In this document: positions 50,535 to 63,950 of the stretch, piece after piece
Layout: the number at the start of each line of letters is the position of its first letter
Numbering within the stretch: the first letter of the stretch is position 1
From: Mobula hypostoma
Lineage: Eukaryota
DNA: 64,000 bases
Assembly (NCBI RefSeq): GCF_963921235.1
Contig: NC_086108.1
Coordinates: 74,462,001 to 74,526,000, forward strand
Direction of reading: 5' to 3'
Program-made: the position numbers and the translations under genes
The notes under the pieces: model-generated
What the model was told of the DNA's origin: nothing
The model's database searches: none
The model's input: only the letters and a program-made list of their open reading frames with translations

Positions 50535-50980
50535 AGAAATTTTTACAAGGATGTTGCTGGGACTTGAGGTCCTGAGTTACAAGGAAAGGTTGAATAGGTT
50601 AGGACTTTATTCCATAGTGCAGGACAATGAAGGGGGATGGTATAGAGGTATACACAATGGCGGGGCGGCTGCAAATAAGGTTTTCATCCTCGGGGGTGAG
50701 TAGAACTAGAGGTCATTGTTTCGTATTTTATGGGGAATCTGAGGGGTGAATGTAATCACTCAGAGTGTGGTGTGAATGTGGAACAAATTGCCAGAGCAGA
50801 AGTGGTAGATGCAGGTTCAATTACAATATTTAAGAGGAGTTTGGACAGATACAGTACATGAATAAGAGAGGTGTGAAGGGCTATGCTCTGGGTGCAGGTC
50901 GATAGGATGTAGAAAACCAGTCTGGCATAGATTAGTTGGGCCAAAGGGCCTGTTTCTGTGTTGTAGTGCTCTATGACTTT
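50535..50980 (+). mobile_element. CR1 3' fragment
   Basis: FTRMLLGLEVLSYKERLNRLGLYS. Tail gggccaaagggcctgtttctgtgttgtagtgctctatgac. Confidence 0.75.
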
Positions 50981-51949
50981 GAGTACAAGTGAACTGGTCA
51001 ACCTTGCTTAACTGGAAGGTCCAGGATTCCTGTGACTTGGTCTATGTAGCTAAAGGTTCATTGGGGACACTGCCTTTAAAATGGACGGGCAAAAGGCTAC
51101 TCCCAGCTTTGCTTGTTTTCAGATCTCTGAGAATTTTAGTTTTTAAATACCTCAGACATCGAGAGATATTTGAAACTACAAATAATGAAGTAAATACACA
51201 AGCCCATGAGAGATGTTTTTAAAAAATTATGTGATTTAAAAACCTTAAATCAAAGAAATAAGTAATTTTCCTTTACTATGCCCAACAATCCCAGTTGAAA
51301 TCACTTGTTCTCGTGACTTTCCAATGTAAATAATTGGATTAACAGGTTGCAGCTTTGTTACTGGGTAGAGCACATTGACAAATATGGAACTGTCCATGAG
51401 TAAGTTTAGGATTTCTGCACGTGATCAGGCCCATTGATTGAATATGGAATATGATGGATGTACCTTGAGCTTTACTTGCAAGAGAGTTGAAATTCTGTCC
51501 AAGTTTGATAGTTAAGCGAGGCCATAAAATCAATGGATGGGCTGTGGCTGTTACTTAGAATTGTTTAGGGCTTGTGGATTATCCAAGGCTGAAGTATATA
51601 AATGTAGATTTGTTTAATGAAGAATACTATTCCTTCATAAGTCTAATTTCCTTACTGGACAAAGAGATGGAGTGAATAATCCCTATTCAAAACTTCACAA
51701 CTGAGTTTGGCATTACCGTTGATAATGCCGTTGTTAAATTCAGCTGACATTCTGACTATTCTGAAACTGTACTACTCTAGAGCAGTGAATAGTTTCTAAA
51801 GATTTCCATCTTGCCATTATTAATCAAGTTATTTACTTTGAATCAGTATTGCTTCTGAGTCTGCTATACATCTGACACCATAGTAGTAGCTTTTTTTGGT
51901 CAGCAAATATTCCCATGCCTTGGACCTTTTTTTTTTAGGGGCTTATAAC

Positions 51950-52128
51950 CGCCTGTACAATTGCTTCCTCAATTTCCTCACTTGAAGACCCAGTCAGTTC
52001 AGATTGACAGCAACAGCTCCTCTGCAATCTTTAACAGCACAGGTACACCACAAAGCTGTGTGCTTAGTCCCCTGCTCTACTCACTTTACACTTATAACTG
52101 AGGCTAAGCACAGCTGCAATGCCAGATT
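51950..52128 (+). mobile_element. Rex1/L2-group LINE, 5' piece of the host element (continues at 63197-63950)
   Basis: [26 protein letters not shown], continuing as ILKFADDTTV at ~63207. Confidence 0.8.
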
Positions 52129-52655
52129 TTTTAAAACAATATTTTTATTGAAATATATATATATGGAGCGAGAATTGGAGGAGCAAATTTGTAAGGAGAT
52201 ATCAGTAGTAGGCACAAGGTTGTGATTGTGGGAGATTTTAATTTTCCACACATAGACTGGGAAGCCCATACTGTAAAAGGGCTGGATGGTTTGGAGTTTG
52301 TAAAATGTGTGCAAGATAGTTTTTTGCAGCAATACGTAGAGGTACCAATGAGAGAAGGGGCAGTGTTGGATCTCCTGTTAGGGAATGAGATAGGTCAGGT
52401 GACAGAGGTTTGTGTTGGGGAGCACTTCGGGTCCAGTGATCTCAATGCTATTAGTTTCAATATAGTTATGGAGAGGGATAGATCTGGACTCAGGGTTGAG
52501 ATTTCTGATTGGAGAAAAGTTAACTTTGAGGAGATGTGAAAGGATTTAGAAGGAGTGGATTAGGACAGTTTGTTTTATGGGAAGGATGTAATAGAGAAAT
52601 GGAGATCATTTGAAGGTGAAATTTTGAGAGTACAGAATCTTTATGTTCCTGTTAG

Positions 52656-54652
52656 TTTTTTTTAATATAGTTTTTATTGAGTTTTCAAAGTGATACATGA
52701 GAAAAAAATACCTCCCCTCCTCTCCCCCCTCTCCTTAACCCTCCCACCCCGATATATACTCCCACCCAAAAAGAAAAGAAAAAAAGAGGAACCGCCTGAA
52801 TATTGGAAGGTTTGCACATGCTCCATGGGATAAAAATAAATTTAATACGGATTTGTTACTTTCCCCCAAGGAACCAAGATCTTCATCATCGGAGCTATAA
52901 ATAAGTGCTCCAAATATTCAAAAATGTTACATATTTATCTCTTAAAATCTAAAACATTACTTAGCTTCTCAACTCTCATAGTTCCCTGGGGAATCTCTGA
53001 ACTTCACCATGTTGCTATGTGTTTCCCTCCCAATCATCCAGGCAAAAAGAAAAAAAAGATAGATAAGATACAAAAAAAGAAAAAACAAAATACCCCCCCG
53101 ACTACTGTTGTGAATGAAAAGATACACAACACTACCCCCCTCCATTGTGCGAGTCGTGGCTGTTTCCACGCTTGCACACATGAATAACGTAGCGATTGGT
53201 CAGTATTTCTTCCAGCTCCCCGTAACAAAAAATTATATATATATAGAAAAAAATTAATATTATTCCCAGCTAATATTCCTCAAATTTTAACCTTTCTTCT
53301 CCTCCCTCATATAATTAATAATGTATTTATATATTCATCCGCCTAAAAATTCAACAGGCCTAATCCTTGATCCAGTCTTCATCTTCAATCCATCTCGCTT
53401 CCTTAAGTTTGTTCTTGTATCTAGTGAATATTCAAAGAATCTCGCACAAACTCTTCCGCTTTCCGGTAATCGTCAAAAAATCTTTTTTCTCCACCAGGCA
53501 AAAAAATCTTCAAGGTTGCAGGATAACGCAATATAAATTGATAACCATGATCCCATAGGGCTTTTTTCACTGGATTAAACTTCTTCCTTCTTTTCAAAAG
53601 TTCGTAACTTATGTCAGGGTAGAAAAGAATTTTCTTCCCTTCTATCATCAGTGGCCCTTTTCTCTTCTTGGCAGCTTGGGCAGCCGCCTGTAGAATCCTT
53701 TCTTTGTCTTGAAATCTTAAGAATTTTATTAAAATTGATCATGGATATTGGTCATCTTGTGGTTTTGGTCTTAGAGCTCTATGTACCCGCTCAATTTCAA
53801 TTGATTGGTCTTCCTCTTTCATTTGCAAGGTTTTCGGGATCCATCTTTGAAAAAATTCTATTGGATTATCTCTCTCTATACCTTCTTTAAGACCAACAAT
53901 TTTAATGTTATTATGTCTACTAAAATTTTCCAACACGTCCACTTTCTCCAAGAGTCGATTTCTTTCAGTTTTCCAGATAAGCACATTATTTTCTGTTTTT
54001 TCCACTCTATCGTTAATATGCTCCATTGTTCTTTCCATCTTCTGAAGTTTCTTATCCATTTTATCCTGTCTTTTCATAGCTTTATCATAGCACATCTTTG
54101 CGTCTCTAAGCTCTGTTCTTAATTTTCTTAGTTCAGCCGTTAATTGCAATAAAGCCTCTCTTACGTCTCCATCGTCTCCTTTACTTCTGTCTCTTCCAGT
54201 TCTTCCTCCTCTTCTTCATCTGTATTCTCTGCGATATCCAATTCTGACTCTGAGTCACTTTCAGTTGCAGTGGCCGTCGGTTCTTGTAGTTTAGATTGTG
54301 TCGATTTGCGCATGCGTAATTCCGGCATCATCTTCCAAGAGACCGCTGCTGCCGCCATTGCTCCCCATTCTTCTACGCCAGAGATAAAATGCGTCTCCTC
54401 TGAAGGAGATCCAACCTGAATCCGAGGCTCCATCGCTGCAGTAGGCCCTTTTTTCTTCCCATCTCGCGGCGACTTCACAACAATAGACTTCTGCTGTTGT
54501 GGTTTACGAGGCATATCGTAGAGTAGTCTTCGAAGTTTATAAGTAGTTTTTGGAAAGTATTTATTAACTTTGTTTAAACGGTACTTTGCTGATTTTTTAC
54601 GGGAGAGCTGGATTTACACATTTCAATCCTACGTCATCACGTGATGCCCCCC
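52656..54652 (-). mobile_element. ORF1-only L1 derivative (half-L1/HAL1-like), 1997 bp
   Basis: Perfect 13-bp TSD ATGTTCCTGTTAG (52643-52655, 54653-54665). 5' end GGGGGGCATCACGTGATGACG. ORF1 54514-53421 (LENFSRHNNIKIVGLKEGIE, IEIERVHR, FYPDIS) with one frameshift and one stop. AATAAA and A tail. Confidence 0.9.
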
Positions 54653-55212
54653 ATGTTCCTGTTAGGTTGAAAGGAAAGGTTAAAAGTTTGAGAGAGCCAT
54701 GGTTTTCAAGGGATATTGGAAACTTGGTTCGGGAAAAAAGAGAGATCTACAATAAATATAGACAGCATGGAGTAAATGAGGTGCTTGAGGAATATGAAGA
54801 ATGTAAAAAGAATCTTAAGAAAGAAATTAGGAAAGCTAAAAGAAGATATGAGGTTGTTTTGGCAAGTAAGGTGAAAATAAATCCCAAGAGTTTCTACCGT
54901 TATATAAATAGCAAAAGGATAAAGGATAAAATTGATCCCTTAGAGAATCAGAGTGGACGGCTATGTGTGGAGCCAGAAGAGATGGGGGAGATTCTTAACA
55001 ATTTCTTTTTTTCGGTATTCACTAAGGAGAAGGATATTGAATTGTGTAAGTTAAGGGAAGTTATGGAAACTATGACGATTAAAGAAGTAGTATTACTGGA
55101 GCTTTTAAGGAATATAAAAGTGGCTAAGTCTCCGGGTCCTGACAGGATATTCCCTAGGACATTGAGGGAAGTTAGTGTGGAAATAGCAGGGGCTCTGACA
55201 GAAATACTTCAA

Positions 55213-56123
55213 TAACATGTTGGTCAGACACAGAAATACCATGGATATTTTGAGGAACTATTCCAAAAAGCACAGTTAATTTATTAGGTTGTAAATTAAT
55301 TTCAAATGCTTTAGAAATTGTTGAGAAAACTGACTTCCAGAACTGTTCCAATATAGAACAAGACCAAAACATATGTGTCAGTGTAGCTATCTCAGTTTTA
55401 CATCTATCACAATGACTATCAACATTAGGAAAAATTTTAGAAAGTCTCTCCTTTGTCAAATGATAACGATGTTCAATTTTAATTTGAATCAATGAATGGC
55501 TAGCACAAATTGAAGAAAAGTTAACCAACTTCAATATCCGCATCCAATCCTCGCATTTGTTACATTGATAACTAGGAGGGCCATTTTGTTGAAGTGGAAG
55601 GATACATCAGCTCCCACTTTGTCACAATGGTTCTCTCAAGTGATGCTATGTCTTAGTTTGGAGAAAATTAGTAGTCGAACCTTTGAACCTTTATTTGATT
55701 TTGAGAAAAGATGGGGCTCATTTGCTCGTTATTATCATTTGAGTTAATTGATATAATTTTTCCACCATCTAATTGTAAACTCTTTTAGTATATTTTCTTT
55801 TCTTGCTGGCGGTTTGATGTTTATTTTTAGAAGCTTTTTGTATGACGCATGGCTCCGGGGTTGTACACCTAATGGGTTTTCCTTTTTTTCCCCTCACTTT
55901 CCTGCTTAGTAGGTTTTTTTTTGTTATCACAAAATTTTGTTTTCAATCTTTAAGTTTTTTTTGTGGCATTGTAAGAGTTGTTACTTCGAAGTACNNNNNN
56001 NNNNNNNNNNNNNNNNNNNNNNNNNNNNNNNNNNNNNNNNNNNNNNNNNNNNNNNNNNNNNNNNNNNNNNNNNNNNNNNNNNNNNNNNNNNNNNNNNNNN
56101 NNNNNNNNNNNNNNNNNNNNNNN
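55213..56123. mobile_element. 5'-truncated, 5'-inverted L1 (ORF2 C-terminus)
   Basis: Minus segment ~55211-55552 (CCHC finger CDRC..HMFWSC ..SDQHVI). Plus segment from 55553 (AFVTLITRRAILLKWKD..RWGSF). TSD AAATA(C/T)TTCAA at 55202-55212 / 56124-56134. The 3' end lies in the gap. Confidence 0.87.
55995..56123. other. Assembly gap (129 N)
   Basis: Run of N. Confidence 1.
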
Positions 56124-59100
56124 AAATATTTCAAATGTCATTAGAAACGGGGATGGGATGGTGTCAGAGGATTGGCGTATTGCTCATGTTGTTCCATTGT
56201 TTAAAAAGGGTTCTAAGAGTAAACCTAGCAATTGTCGGCCTGTGAGTTTGACGTCAGTGGTAGGTAAATTGATGGAAAGTATTCTTAGAGATGGTATATA
56301 TAATTATCTGGATAGACAGGGTCTGATTAGGAACAGTTAACATGAATTTGTGCATGGAAAGTCGTGTTTGACAAATCTTATTGAATTTTTTGAAGAGGTT
56401 ACTAGGAATGTTGACGAGGGTAAAGCGGTGGATGTTGTCTATATGGACTTCAGTAAGGCCTTTGACAAGGTTCCACACGGAAAGTTAGTTAGGAAGATTC
56501 AATCATTAGGTATTAATATTGAAGTCGTAAAATGGATTCAGCAGTGGCTGGATGGGAGACGCCAGAGAGTGGTGGTGGAAAACTGTTTGTCAGATTGGAG
56601 GCCGGTGTCTAGTGGTGTGCCTCAGGGATCTGTACTGGGTCCAATGTTATTTGTCATATACATTAATGATCTGGATGATGGGGTGGTAAATTGGATGAGT
56701 AAGTATGCAGATGATACTAAGATACGTGGAGTTGTGGATAATGAAGTAGGGTTTCAAACCTTGCAGAGAGATTTCGGCCAGTTAGAAGAGTGGGCTGAAA
56801 GATGGCAGATGGAGTTTAACGCTGATAAATGTGAGGTGCTACACTTTGGTAGGACTAATCAAAATAGGACATACATGGTAAATGGTAGGGCATTGAAGAA
56901 TGCTGTAGAACAGAGGAATCTAGGAATAATGGTGCATAATTCCCTGAAGGTGGAATGTCATGTGGATAGGGTGGTGAAGAAAGCTTTTGGTATGCTGGCC
57001 TTTATAAATCAGAGCATTGGGTATAGTAGTTGGGAAGTAATGTTCAAATTGTACAAGGCATTGGTGAGGCCAAATTTGGAGTATTGTGTACAGTTTTGGT
57101 CATCAAATTATAGGAAAGATGTCAACAAAATAGAGTACAGAGAATGTTTACTAAAATGTTACCTGGGTTTCATCACCTATGTTACAGAGAAAGGTTGAAC
57201 AGGTTGGGTCCTAATTCGTTGGAACGTAGAAGGTTGAGGGGGACTTGATAGAGGTATTTAAAATTATGAGAGGGATGGATAGAGTGTATGTGGATAGGCT
57301 TTTTCCATTGAGAATGGGGGAGATTCAAACAAGAGGACATGAGTTGAGAGTTAAAGGGCGAAAGTTTAGGGGTAACATGAGGGGGAACTTCTTTACTCAG
57401 AGAGTGGTGGCTGTGTGGAACAAGTTTCCAGCAGAAGTGGTTGAGGCAGGTTCGATGTTGTGGTTTAAAGTTAAACTGGACAGCTATATGGACAGGAAAG
57501 GAATGGAGGGTTATGGGCTAAGTGCAGGTCGGTGGGACTAGGTGAGAGTAAGAGTCCGGCACGGACTAGAAGGGCCGAGATGGCCTGTTTCCGTGCTGTA
57601 ATTGTTATATGGTTATATTTCACATATACAAATAAACAATAGTAATAATTAAACTAAATAGTGAAACATGTCCTCAAGTTTTTCACAATCATCAAAGGAA
57701 AAGAGATATACAATTTCACACACTTCACATATTTAATAAAGAAATAAAGTAAAAACACATCAGGAAAAAAAAACGTAGAAGCACTCAACAACACACAGCT
57801 ATTTCAAAATGACTGTGCATCTTGATGTCCAAGAAACTCCAAAATAGGTTTCCACATTTTCAAATTCTGCCCTTCCTCTGGTTATGTAAGTCAGTCTCTC
57901 CAATGTAATACAAGATGCCATCTCCTTCACCCATACATGTATCGAAGATATATCTATTTTTCTCCAAGATAAAGCTATGATCCTTGCCTGTAGGAGTCCA
58001 AAGTCAATTAAAGTTAACTGTTTTGGGCTAACAGTAAAGTTCTTTGGATATATGCCTAGTACACACATTTTTGCTTGGTGAGGCACCTTTACTCCAACAA
58101 TCTCAGATATAGTCTGAACAACTGTTTTCCAGTATTTTTAAAATTTTGGACAGTCCTATGCACAGTGAAACAGACTACCCATTTCTTCTAAATATTTAAC
58201 ACAAATGTCCAGGATGTCAGGAGTCCAATGGTTCAGTTTGACAGGGGTAATATAAATTCTCATTAACCATTTGTATTGTAATAGCTTCATTCTCGTATTG
58301 ATTGATTGTTTTTGGGCTTTTAAGCATGCTATTTCCCGCTTAGTTTCTAGTATGTCCTCTTGAACATCCAGTCTCCATGCCTCCAGCCTGTCAGTGGTGG
58401 ACTCCTTATGATATGACCTCAAAGCTGTATAGAATAAAGAAATCAGACTCCTCCCCTTTAGGTTTAGAAGTGTGAGGTTTTCAAGATGTGATAGTGGTGG
58501 TTCAGATATTAAATGCTTATATTTTGATAATATGAAATGTTTCAGTTGCAAATATTTTAAAAAAGTGTTTTTTAGGGATATGGTATGTCTGACACCGTAT
58601 CAAATGCATATTGATCAAATGTAATAAGATTACCATTCATATAAAGGCCCTCTATTTTCTGCACACCTTTGTCTGCCCAGATTCTGAAACCACCATCTGC
58701 TCTTCCTGCCCTGAAGTATGTATTGCTCCATATTGGGGAGAAGTGAGAGATGGGAGGAGTATCTTTGATATGCTGATGTACTTTATTACAGATGTCAATA
58801 GTATTTTTGAGGAAAGGGTTCTCGGTTGTTCTTTTCAGATTTCCTGGGTCTGCAGAGTATAGATACTGTAGAGCTTTAATGGGAGGTTTGGTACTGATGC
58901 CTGTTCAATATTCACCCGGGCTGGAACGGCCTCCATTGAGAAATAAAACATTGTAGAACGTAACTGAGCAGACCAATAATACCATTTCAGGTTGGGGAGC
59001 CGTAGCCCTCCCCTTTCGTAAGGCAGGTATAGCAACCTAAGTCTCAGTCTAGATTTTATATTATTCCAAATGAATTTACTAAAAATACTATTAAGCTTAT

Positions 59101-62100
59101 CAAAAAATGACTTTGGTAGTGGGAGAGGGAGTGATTGAAAAGGGTACAGAAATTTTTGGTAATATATTCATTTTGATCATGTTTATACGGCCAATCATTG
59201 ATATGGGCATTGTTATCCATTGATCCAACGTCCCTTTCACTTCATCCACTAGTGGGTCATAGTTTGTTGGGACGATTGTTTTAATTTCAGGGGTAATTTT
59301 GACACCAAGGTAGGTAAATCCTTCCTTTGCATTTATAAATGGGGTTTTTATGACTGGTTTCAGTCTTTCTTCTTTGTTCAAAAATAATATTGATGATTTT
59401 GAGTTGTTAATGTTATAACCAGAGAACTACCCAAACAATTCAATCTGTTGCATTAAGTTTGGAATACTGATGGATAAATTTGTTAAAAAAAGAATCATGT
59501 CATCAGCATATAAGGATATTCTATGTTCCTGTTCTCCTAGCTAGATGCCGTCAGTCCTGTCTGTGTTCTTATTGCCATAGCCAGGGGTTCTATGGCCAGT
59601 ATAAACAACATCGGTGACAAAGGGCATCCCCGGCGAGTAGATCGCTCCAAGATGACTGGTTTAGAAACTATAATGTTTGTTAAGACACTGGCTATTGGGT
59701 TTATATATAAAATCTGAATCCATTTAAGGAAGTTCTTTCCAAATCCAAATCTAGGCAATACATTAAATAAATATGGCCATTCTATTCTATCGAAGGCCTG
59801 CTGAGCATCCAGTGATAATACTGCTGTATCTTTAGCGTCAAATTTTTCATGAATTATGTTAAGAACTCTTCTAATATTATGGAATCCTTGGTGTTTTTGC
59901 ACAAACCCATTCTGATCATTATGAACTAGATGTGGGATATAAGGATCCAATCTTCTTGCTAAGGCTTTACAAATTATTTTTGTGTACGATCCAATTAGAT
60001 TTAATTGGAACATTCTGTAGGAGGTTTGCCTGGCTTCAAGATCAGTGTGATCATTGCCAGCCTTAAAGAGGGTGGGAGAGTTCCATTCCGATAAGATTCG
60101 TTATACATGGTTAAGAGTGGGACTAGTAATTTTTCTTGAAATGTTTTGTAGAATTCAATTGGTAGGCTGTCAGGCCCTGGCGCTTTACCACTGTTAATAT
60201 TTTGGATAGCCTGTGATAACTCTTCAATTGTTAAACCTCTATCTAACTCCTTTTTTGCATCTTCTGTCGGTGCCTAGAATTGAAAATGATCAAGAAATAC
60301 GTCCGGTTCTTCTGCGGCTTGGGAGCATTCTGATCTATATAAATGTTCATAAAATTCTCTAAAACTGTTATTAATTTCCAATGGGTCTACTGTTAGGCTT
60401 CCTGAAGAAGTTATTATACTGATAATTGCTCTATTAGGCTGCATTTTTTTAATTCTCCATGTCAAAAGTTTCCCAGCCTTTTCTCCTTGATTGTAATAAG
60501 ATTACTTCAGCCACATTAAACTTTTTGCAGCTTTATCAGCAGATAATTTATTATATTTGCCTCTCAAAAGTAGCAGATCTCTTTGTTTTGTTGGATCACC
60601 CTTTAGTTCTGTCTCTAAAGATTTAATTTGTTTTTCCAGTGTTTCCATCTCTATTTTTTGTTGTTTGGACTTGGAGCTTGCATAACTGATGATTTCTCCT
60701 CTAATATATGCCTTGAAAGCCTCCCATCTTGTGCTGGCACTAATTTGATCTGTATTTAACTCAAAATAACTATTTTAGTTCCCACAAATTTAACAAAGTC
60801 TGGGGTTTGTAGCCATCTCACCTGAAATTGCCAGTTAGGGGGACTGTGAATAAATTTCTCTATATGAATACTTAATGAAATAGCAGCATGGTCACTTATT
60901 ACTATGCTATCATACCAGCAACTTTTAATCTTTGATAAGAGCTCTCTTGAGACAAGAAAATAATCAATACGAGAACAAGATTTACATATACTTGAATGGC
61001 AAGAGTATTCTATTTTGCCAGGGTTTTGTTCTCTCCATACTTCAACCAAGTTTATATCCACAATGTATTGTTTTAGTAATTTTGTAATTTGTGCCTTATA
61101 GGTATCATAGCCTGTAGAGCTATCCATTGCTGGGTTTAAAGTGCAATTAAAGTCTCCTCCAATGATATAAAAGCCTCATAAAGTGGACAAAGTAAGGAAG
61201 AAATCTTCAAAAAAATTTAGGATTGTCCTCATTTGGGCTATATATACTAACTAGGTTTAATGTGAACGAGGGTATTACCTTGCGTAATCACATACCTTCC
61301 GGCTGAGTCTTGGATTGTTTTCATAATTTAAAATGGTATCGTTTTGTGAATAAGAATAAGTACACTTCTAGCATAGTTGTTGTATGTTGCATATATTACT
61401 TGGCCAGGCCATCTATTCCATATCAGTTTAATATCTGAAACTGTCAGATGAGTTTCTTGAAGAAAAATTATTTTGGACTTAAGCTGTTTGATTCTATTCA
61501 TAACCTGTTTCAATTTGGTTAACTTCTTTAGTCCCCTAACATTCCAGCTCGTGACTTTTATATTCTGATATTCTGAGTGCTGGTCTGTTCCATATATAGT
61601 ACATGTCAATTATACCAGGAAAAGGAGTAAGAAATATTACTGCTGCGTTGGGTGCATGACATATAGAAAAACAAAAAACACATATACATCTACACATATA
61701 AACATTTGAATTCTTGAATTCCCCCTCCCTTACTCAAAACAAAGAACTGTAGAGCTTGTGCTGATCCACTCTATGGAGGAGCAGCTAAACTATGCAAACC
61801 TAACTCCATAGGCAGCTAATGGTGTCCATCAATCATGCACCATATTATATCTTAGAATGTTATATACTCAACCCATTTAGCATAAAAGTAAAGTCAAAGT
61901 AGCCACTGAACTGTATGCCAGTATTGCCTATTATAAATGTTCATTCATGTCATCTCAATAGAATTAAGGTTTCAACAAACAAAAATGTGGTAAATAATAA
62001 AAATAAGCAAAATAATAAAGCTATTCTGGCCGTATAAACAACTTCTTAAATACAGTATCTTTTCAAGAATAGAATAAAAGGCTAAAGTGGCAGTTCTAGT

Positions 62101-63196
62101 AAAAAAAAAGGAAGAAAAAGAAGTCTTCTGGGACCCTGTAGACATATACCTGTTATGCAGTCAGTATCAGCTGATTCTCAGGGGTATGGAAGTAAACAAA
62201 TCTCACTACTGCTTTAATCAGACCCCTCAGCAGGCGTGTCCTCGATGGAAATCTTCCACTTCTTTTGGTGATGAAAACAGGTGTATTTTCCCATTGTGGA
62301 GGACTCTCATCTTGCATGGATTATATTGAAATCCGCGGAAAGTTCCTTTTTCGACAAACGCTCTTCTGACCATGTTAAACTCGTTTGGCTGTCGCATGGT
62401 CTCAGCTGAGAGGTCCTGAGCGAAGAAAAGCTTGTTTCCCTCATATGTGATATTATACTGTTTAGTGGAGCAGAAAACAAACTCCCGATCTTGAAATTTC
62501 AGAAACTGAATGAGAACTACTCTGTTCTGGTTTGGTTTCGACGGTGCTAGAGTTCGGTGAACTCTTTCTAGGATAAAGGATCTGTCGGTGTCCAGCTCCA
62601 GCCAGCGCAGTAGCATGTTTTGTATAAACTTCAGCAGTGGTTGTTTTCCTTCAGCGCCCTCCCGGAGGCTGAGGAACTGCAAGTTTTTCCTTCAACTCTG
62701 ATTCTCCAGGTCTTCAGTCTTGGATTCCAGCTAGGCGATTCATTTCATGGCATTGGTTAGTTCAGTCTTGTTCTTTTCCAAGTGCTCCTCTGCCATCATT
62801 ATTTGGTTTTCAACATCTACTATCGTGTGGTATTAGAAGCAACATTTCGCTTCACCTCCGACATACTGTTTTCCAAAGCAATGACAGAGCTGGCCATCTT
62901 ACCCAGGTGGTCATCTGTACTGTCCAGTTTGGATCCAAACTCAGAGCAAAGTAACTTTAATTCAGCTAATGCCACCGTTAGCTCTGCCATGTTGCTAGAT
63001 GCTTCCTCCTCTTCCTTCATTGATGGAGTGTTGATTTTCGATTTTTTGGATCCACATTTTCGGGTGAAGATATCACAGTCCTTGATTGTAATCGTTTTTG
63101 ACGTAGCCTGAGTTCGGTTGGAATTATTAACTTAGGTTTTTAAAGTTGTTTAGTGCAGGTTGTATGGTACCTCCACATTAAGCTGCCATTTTTGTT

Positions 63197-63950
63197 CTGC
63201 AATGCCATATTGAAGTTTGCTGATGACACCACTGTCGCTGGCTGAATCAATGTGGTGAAGAATCAGCAAAGAGGAGGGTCTGGCCGAGTAGTGCTAAAAC
63301 AACTACCTCTCTCTCAATTTCGGCAAAGCCAAGGAGCTGATTATTGACTTCAGGAGGAGGAAAGTGGAGGTCTGTAAGTCAGTCCTCATTGGGGCTTTGA
63401 GGTGGAGAGGGTCACCAACTTTTAAATTCCTCTGTTTTGTCACTGCAAAAGATATGTCCTGGGCTCAGCACTTAAGTGCCATTACGAAGAATGCACGGCA
63501 GCACTTCTACTTCCTTAGCAGTGTGCAAAGATTTGGCATCTAAAACTTTGTCAAACTTCTATAGCTATGTGGTGGAGAGTATGTTGACTGGTTGCATCAC
63601 AGCCTGGTATGAAAACACCAATGTCCTTGAATGAAAAATTCTGCAAGAAGTAGTAGATACAGCCCAGTCCATCACAGATAAAGCCCATCACTGAGCACCT
63701 CTACATGGAGCGCTCTCACAGGAAAGCAGCATCCAAGGACTCTTCCCCTTGTGTTCTTGATCTTTTACTCTTGCTTGGTTATTTATTTCTCTTGTATTTG
63801 TGCAGTTTGTAGTCTTTTGCACATTGGTTGTTTGTCCGTCCTGTTAGAAGCTGTCGTTAATTGATTCTATTGCATTTCTTGGATTTACTGTGTATACTTG
63901 CACGAAAACGAATCTCAGGGTTGTATATGGTGACATAAGTTTACTTTGAA
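63197..63950 (+). mobile_element. Rex1/L2-group LINE, 3' piece of the host element
   Basis: KFADDTTV..KAKELIIDFRR..ARQHFYFL..VVESMLTGCITAWY and a 3' UTR ending tactttgaac. Confidence 0.85.

Larger units (their letters stand above)
52163..57618 (+). mobile_element. CR1 LINE ORF2 (5'-truncated, relatively young), itself interrupted twice
   Basis: VGDFNFPHIDW (endonuclease). 282-aa RT ORF 56350-57198 with SGVPQGSVLGP and KYADDTKI. (TTATATGG)n tail. Confidence 0.93.
52129..63196 (-). mobile_element. Full-length decayed L1 (ORF1 ~63020-62227, ORF2 ~61600-57800; 3' end at 52129-52160) with a CR1 inserted in its 3' UTR
   Basis: 15-bp TSD CTGCAATGCCA(G/T)ATT (52114-52128, 63197-63211). APE motifs SWNVRGL..FLQETH, SRIDYFLVS..ISDHAAI. 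RT SLDAQQAFDRIEW..RRGCPLSPMLF..YADD. ORF1 ERVHRTL..FAQDLSAET. YY1-like AAAATGGC at the 5' end. Poly(A) signal and tail. Confidence 0.92.

Noticed and set aside
56350-57198. 282-aa reverse transcriptase ORF as a domesticated or active gene
   Set aside because: Part of a 5'-truncated CR1 with upstream stops, two insertions and a downstream frameshift.
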